From a virus (Duplodnaviria; Caudoviricetes), in IMG/VR virus record IMGVR_UViG_3300032218_003165, positions 1-27,255 of that record: a stretch of DNA of 27,255 nucleotides, one strand, 5' to 3'. Below, one piece after another: positions 24,584 to 27,255 of the stretch. The number at the start of each line of letters is the position of its first letter. The first letter of the stretch is position 1. Below the pieces are notes generated by a model, which saw only the letters and a program-made list of their open reading frames with translations, was not told the DNA's origin and made no database searches. The position numbers and the translations under genes are program-made.

Positions 24584-25807
24584 TCAAGACGTGGCCTTGG
24601 CGAGACGGCCGACGAACTCGGGGCCGTGGTTCAGGACGCCGAGCCGGCTGGACGCGACGAAGAGCGTCTGCCGGTTGCGGACGAGCAGCTCACGAGCCAC
24701 GTCGAACTTGATGCCCTCGGCAGCGAGCCCGACCGCGGTCGACTTGGAGAAGTCGCCGTAGAGGGCCAGCGTGGTCGCTGGCATGCCCTTGCAGAGGTAG
24801 ACCGGGGCACCGTAGACCGTCGGCACGACGCGGCCGCCGCCAACCGTCATGGTGGTCTGCTGGGCCGACCAGAGCTTCATCAGGTCGACGTACCCGGCCT
24901 TGGAGCAGACCCAGGCACCCGTACCCATGACCGTTTCGTCCACCTTTCCGACAACGTCGGCGAGGTTGGCGTTGCTGGTCGAGGAAGAGAGAGCCACGGT
25001 GACCGTGTTGGGATTGCTCGAGATCGCGGCGACCGCGGCCGGGAGGCCGGAGATCGTCGGAGCCGAGCTGTTCCCGGCGAGCCACTTCGTGTCGTACCAG
25101 ACCGCGAAGGCGTAGCTGACGCGGTCGACGATCAGACCGGCCACGTCGATCGGCGAGTCGTTCAGGAGGGCGTTCGACACCGCGACCGAGCCGCCGGCCT
25201 CGTAGAGGGTGAGCGTCGGGCCGCTGGTCGAGATGTCCTGATCGGAAAACGCCGCGTGTTCCGCGGCGAAGCCGACGGTGAACTCACCGCTCTTCGGGAG
25301 GTTGATCGACTGGCCCATCGGCCGGTAGAGCGATGCGAGCTGGAGCGCCACCGACTGGTACTGGAGCCGGTTGATGACCGCGTTGAACAGCTCGGTGACG
25401 ACGTAGGAATCGCCGTACCCGGAGGTCGTCTCGCCCATCGCCCGCTTCTCGCCTGCGGCGAGCCGCTGGAGGAAGTCGCCGACATCGGCGGCCACCTTGG
25501 CCGATCGGAAGCCGCGGGTGCCGCCGAGAGCCGGCGTGCCGCGGTCCTCTTGCTCGTTGTCCGTCACCGCGGCGCGGTTCTCGCTGGTGCTGGTGATGCC
25601 CTGGCGGAGCGCGAGGAGCTTGGCGTCGAGGGCGTTCTCGGCGGCGAGCTTCGGGGCGATCTCATCGGCGCGGGTGGCGAGCTCGCCGAGACGCAGCTCG
25701 ACCGTCGCGCACTCCTCGGGAGTGTCGGGGGAAAGAGCGCGGAGGCTCTCGATCTCGCTCGAGATCTTCGCGGCCTCGTCCTGAAGAAGCTGGCGGCGGG
25801 CGGACAT
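24584..25807 (-). CDS. HK97-family major capsid protein
   Basis: Start MSARRQ at 25807 (GAGGT RBS); N-terminal coiled-coil delta domain, VSNALLNDSPID, YGAPV and LYGDFS motifs. Confidence 0.93.
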   Translation of the reverse strand: MSARRQLLQDEAAKISSEIESLRALSPDTPEECATVELRLGELATRADEIAPKLAAENALDAKLLALRQGITSTSENRAAVTDNEQEDRGTPALGGTRGFRSAKVAADVGDFLQRLAAGEKRAMGETTSGYGDSYVVTELFNAVINRLQYQSVALQLASLYRPMGQSINLPKSGEFTVGFAAEHAAFSDQDISTSGPTLTLYEAGGSVAVSNALLNDSPIDVAGLIVDRVSYAFAVWYDTKWLAGNSSAPTISGLPAAVAAISSNPNTVTVALSSSTSNANLADVVGKVDETVMGTGAWVCSKAGYVDLMKLWSAQQTTMTVGGGRVVPTVYGAPVYLCKGMPATTLALYGDFSKSTAVGLAAEGIKFDVARELLVRNRQTLFVASSRLGVLNHGPEFVGRLAKATS

Positions 25808-25852
25808 GGGATACCTCGTTTGTCGGTGGACGTGCGATGACTGCACGCCTCG

Positions 25853-25884
25853 ACACTACGAATGGCCGCCGAGCCCTGTGAAAT
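25853..25884 (-). promoter_or_regulatory. putative late promoter ATTTCACAG-N17-TAGTGT
   Basis: Intergenic, upstream of the capsid gene; same motif as at 3407-3438 and 22990-23021. Confidence 0.7.
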
Positions 25885-25947
25885 GGGTGGTGCTATCGAA
25901 GCGCAAGACGCCGGCCCCGCGCGAGGGCAGCCCGCGGGCGTTACCTC

Positions 25948-26223
25948 TCAGCGAACGGGGCCGGCGCTTTTGCGACAGCCACACGGGCATCCCGACTCGC
26001 ACTTCATTTCGATGCGGCCGTCCGGTCGATAGATGCCCCCCTGGCACTTCCCACCGCAGCCGCACTTCGCCGGAGCCGGGGGCGGAGTCGGTGCCACCTC
26101 CGTGGCGAGGCTCGCGTAGGCCGCGGCGACGGCCGCGGCGGCGCGTGGGGGCTCGCGGTCGATCTCCTGCGGGTCGGCGGAGAGCGAGGCGAGGAAGGCG
26201 ATGAGGGAGCGGTAGATGGTCAT
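25948..26223 (-). CDS. small protein with Pro linker and Cys-rich C-terminus
   Basis: Start MTIYRS at 26223 (TGATG overlap); CGCGGKC...CESGCPCGC. Confidence 0.7.
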   Translation of the reverse strand: MTIYRSLIAFLASLSADPQEIDREPPRAAAAVAAAYASLATEVAPTPPPAPAKCGCGGKCQGGIYRPDGRIEMKCESGCPCGCRKSAGPVR

Positions 26224-26501
26224 CACCAGCCCTCCCCGTGATCGACCACGCGGTGCCCGGCGGCATCGACCGCCGGCGAGCGGACGAGTTGTTGCGGATT
26301 CGGCAACAACTGCGGCGCGGGTTCGGCGGCCATCGCGGCCCACAGTCCGAGCCGGGCCGCGATCCTGGCCAGCCGGCCGACGGCCTGGAGGACCGGCCGT
26401 TGCGGCGTCGGGTTGATCGGTGATGCCGGAGACGATCCCAGCCACCAGCCGGCGGCAAGGCAGACGAGGACGATGGCGACGAGCTTGCGGTCGATCAGCA
26501 T
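26223..26501 (-). CDS. small membrane protein
   Basis: Start MLIDRK; N-terminal TM helix, amphipathic helix and second hydrophobic stretch. Confidence 0.75.
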   Translation of the reverse strand: MLIDRKLVAIVLVCLAAGWWLGSSPASPINPTPQRPVLQAVGRLARIAARLGLWAAMAAEPAPQLLPNPQQLVRSPAVDAAGHRVVDHGEGW

Positions 26502-26508
26502 GGCGGCC

Positions 26509-27255
26509 TCACGGGGCAAGGGAATAGGTGTCAGCGATCAAGCGGGCGGGCTGCGGGCGGGCGGCGGCGGGGGCGGGCTCGAGCCAAGCGCCGTTGTCGA
26601 GGTCGCGGGCCTCAAACCCGTTTGCTCCGGCGATGACGAACGAATCCCCCTGGGCCAGCATGGCTTCAACGTCGCGGCGGGCAGCCCAAAAGGAACCGTC
26701 TGGCTGGTCTTCCGGCCACTTCGGCCCCTTCACCCAATTCGGCCCCCACGAGTTGAGAATCAGGACGCCGTCGCGCTTTCCGGGGCCGGTTGCATATCGC
26801 ACCGAGATTGCCACGAGGCAATGCCCCCACTGCCCTCCGCGTGGCAGGAAACCGTCGGAGTCTCTGACGTTGGTCGCGGCGTAGCCGACGTTGGAGCAGA
26901 TGGGAACACACAGGCCGTTCTCGATCGCGGCGCAGAGGGCCTCGTAGGAGTCGCAGAGGGCTACGCCTTGCGCGGTGTGCTTGGTGGCTTCCTTGCCGAG
27001 AGCCAGGGGAACGCCCCGCGCCCCCCACTCCTTCGCCCTGGCGATGTCGTAGTTGGTTAGGTCGATGTCGCCGTACTTCTCGCGGAACAGAATCCCGCCG
27101 ACGCCAGCCTTCGTGCCGACGATCCACCGGGCGGCGGCGGCCCCATACGATCCGTCGGAGTACCCCGCGAAATCGATCGGCGGGAGCCTCCCGGCTGTTC
27201 TCGATCCGCCGTAGATCGCTTCCGGGCTGACAAGTTTCGGTGGCTCTGCCCGCTC
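26509..27255 (-). CDS. papain-like (C1A) cysteine peptidase, 5'-truncated by the window edge
   Basis: Frame open from 27255: SPEAIYGGSR...DGSYG...QWGHCL (His) ...LILNSWG (Asn); the catalytic Cys would lie outside the window. Confidence 0.8.
   Translation of the reverse strand, partial: ERAEPPKLVSPEAIYGGSRTAGRLPPIDFAGYSDGSYGAAAARWIVGTKAGVGGILFREKYGDIDLTNYDIARAKEWGARGVPLALGKEATKHTAQGVALCDSYEALCAAIENGLCVPICSNVGYAATNVRDSDGFLPRGGQWGHCLVAISVRYATGPGKRDGVLILNSWGPNWVKGPKWPEDQPDGSFWAARRDVEAMLAQGDSFVIAGANGFEARDLDNGAWLEPAPAAARPQPARLIADTYSLAP

Noticed and set aside
16076-25840. Long plus-strand ORFs (e.g. 16076-17158, 20993-22237, 24626-25840)
   Set aside because: Antisense shadows of high-GC minus-strand genes; no motifs
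1-27255. CRISPR array, diversity-generating retroelement, IS element or intron
   Set aside because: No regularly spaced direct repeats, no reverse transcriptase or TR/VR pair and no transposase seen by eye

Overview
This window is most of the genome of a GC-rich temperate siphovirus-like phage with an HK97-type head. A Planctomycetota host is my inference from protein style and regulatory motifs, not something shown. All genes except the integrase are on the minus strand. In transcription order (right to left): a papain-like peptidase and two small proteins; major capsid protein and head-tail joining genes; two tail-tube-like genes; tail chaperones with a -1 frameshift; tape measure; Cys-rich tail-tip genes; a metallophosphoesterase and a DUF6378-like gene; a plus-strand tyrosine integrase with a candidate tRNA-Ala-type attP; a small HTH gene; an early region (AP2-like protein, RecT-like annealase, SSB-like protein, ParB-methyltransferase plus PD-(D/E)XK nuclease, replication protein, secreted CAP-like protein, two tRNA elements, RusA); then a displaced tail-fibre cluster and the HNH gene that normally precedes terminase. 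Most notable: (1) a dense array of GGA-loop hairpins resembling CsrB/RsmZ RNAs, with similar hairpins in the leaders of the integrase and several early genes, suggesting the phage reads or titrates host CsrA; (2) an anticodon-less tRNA-like RNA in tandem with an initiator-type tRNA-Met; (3) a phage-specific late promoter motif ATTTCACAG-N17-(T/C)AG in three copies, linking the separated fibre cluster to the capsid and tail genes. All assignments come from motifs read by eye; no database search or folding was run.
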